A stretch of 64,000 nucleotides of DNA from Massalongia carnosa. Its lineage: Eukaryota. Shown here piece after piece: positions 62,101 to 64,000 of this stretch. The first letter of the stretch is position 1; each line of letters opens with the position of its first letter. The notes below the pieces were generated by a model. That model was not told where the DNA came from. It saw nothing but the letters and a program-made list of their open reading frames with translations, and searched no databases. The DNA lies in contig OZ287083.1 in NCBI GenBank assembly GCA_965645245.1, positions 744,001-808,000 of the forward strand. Reading direction: 5' to 3'. The position numbers and the translations under genes were made by a program.

Positions 62101-64000
62101 TTTAGTCAAGGAAAATGGCTCCAGCTTAACTCAATAATGGAGTGGGCGAAACTGAGATTTTAGCAATCGTCGAAGGATGCAAGCAATAGCCACACTATCT
62201 TGAAGGGGCAATGCATCCCATTCGTGATCACCGATCACTGCAACCTTCGTACGTTTCTCACCACCAAGAATTTATCGCGAAGAGAAGCGCGATGGTGGGA
62301 GAGACTCTCTAGTCTCGACTTGGTAATTGAATACCGACCAGGGCGCTATAATCCTACGGACGGGCCTTCAAGGCGTCCAGACTATGCTGGAAATGAACAC
62401 AACTTATCTTATCAAGTCGGTGCAGTAGTTTCCAGTGAAGCAGGGGAGCCTCTGGGTATTCGACAGGGGACAGAAAAACTCGAAGAAAAGTTCGAGACGA
62501 AGAAGTGGGTAGTTGCGTCGATAACCGGCATCCCTGTAACTGCTCCTAGTGTCATGAAATAAAGTTTGAGTTAAAACCTAATGATTACCGAACCGTCAAG
62601 CGGCGATCGAGGTAAAAGCCACCTGAAAGCCTATTCAGATTCATCCTCGGTATGAGTCTGAATAAACCCCTTACTCCACTCCACCAATCTCCTCACTCCA
62701 CTATACCCTCTTATCGCTAGAACCATCACATCCACGGGCCCACTTATCGCTCCACCTTATCGCCGCCACCATCACCAAAATCTCTTATCTAGGGTGAAGG
62801 TAAAACATGAGAAAGAAGGGGCTGGCTCAGGTATAAAAAGAGGACATATCCTGTAGATAGTTGACTCCTCGTCCGACGTCTTGTATAGCAAACTATCCCC
62901 TAGCTATAGCTTCATTAATAAAGACATCTTGATCACCCAATCCCAGTCTTAGGAACATTAGTTCAATCCCTAACCCAGTCCTTGACACCTAGGGGAAATA
63001 CTATGGAATAGGAGCCCACTGTTGATAGCACAATTGTATATGGATTCATAGAACCTGAATCTGTTAACGGAACTGATTATGAATCAGGGGACTCTTCCGT
63101 TGAGGAGACCGAAAATGTTCCAAGCGCGCGTTCCTTGCTGGCTACTGAAGGGACTGAGAATGAAACTCTCGAGGTTCTTGGAGCAGTAAGAAGGGTTAAG
63201 GAGAAGAGAAAGTCTTCACCTAAACTGGACGAGGGAAAGGCCGATTCGAAGCCTACAGAGTTCCGACTCGTGGAGACGTCCGAGAAGGAGTCTCGAATTT
63301 CTCTAGAACAATCAAAGGAAGTTTCAGAGAAGGACTCAGCCTTTACTTCTCTACCGCTCGAGTTACGCACCGTCCTTCTGGCATTGCAAGAGTCTGATCA
63401 ACTCGCGCAGCAGAGACGGCCCCTTGCCGCTTCGTCGGTACAGTGGGAGCAACACATGAGGGAGAGTTTGTATGGAACGCTGGAAGTCAACAAAGGTGTC
63501 TAAAGTCACTCGCAGGTAATACCCTGAGATTGGAAGGGAAACCGCGGGGAGATAATAAAGACAAAGAAAACTTTTGGCATATAGAAGACGGCCTTTTATG
63601 CAGAGACAATAAATGGCGGACAATGGAATTAATTCAAAGAAATTGCTACTGGCCTAAAAAGCGGAGAGACATCAAAAGTTATGTCGAAACCTGTACTCGT
63701 TGTCATCAGGTCAAGGCTCCAAGACATACGCCTTACGGAGAATTGGTGTCGTTGCCAATCCCCCAAGGACCTAGACAAAATTGGACAATAGACTTTATAA
63801 CCGACCTTCCGCCAAGCATTTGGCGGGGGCAAGTTTAAGACTCCATACTGGTAACGATAGACAGGTATACGAAATTCTATCGTTATATACCCGCACGATA
63901 GGACTGGGAATCTGAGAACATGAGCGATATCCTTGTCGAAGAAATATTAACCAAATTCGGTATACTAGTATCGATTGTAACAGATCGGGGAAGTCTTTTC
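59161..64000 (+). mobile_element. Ty3/gypsy element (Gypsy-3): 5' LTR 59161-59459, gag 59500-60614, decayed pol running off the window
   Basis: [59 protein letters not shown]. The RT core appears deleted near 61597. Confidence 0.9.
62550..62987 (+). repeat. Solo LTR (438 bp) related to the Gypsy-1 LTR, inserted in Gypsy-3 pol
   Basis: TGTCATGAAA...CCTTGACA, TSD CCTAG. Shares TATAAAAAGA and GTCCGACGTCTTG with the Gypsy-1 LTR. Confidence 0.9.

Overview
Eukaryotic DNA, most likely a filamentous ascomycete (short spliceosomal introns with CTRAY branch sites, RIP-like TGG>TAG and CAA>TAA decay). Only the first ~5 kb holds ordinary genes: a 7-exon PTH11-like membrane protein and a 5-exon cytochrome P450 of the ent-kaurene oxidase (CYP503)-like group. 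The remaining ~59 kb is a deeply nested transposon cluster, and most insertions can be delimited by target-site duplications (TSDs). It contains three Tad1-like LINEs, a complete but defective copia element, three Ty3/gypsy elements with self-priming signals, several solo LTRs, a hAT transposon with two cognate 151-bp MITEs, and pogo/Fot1 DNA transposons. The most unusual item occurs in two copies (36720-39703 and 42970-52318). It is a ~3-kb LTR element with an 18-nt tRNA-type primer site and 4-bp TSDs. I see no gag or pol in it; it carries a single ~650-codon ORF of unknown function. All coordinates were read by eye and no database searches were run.
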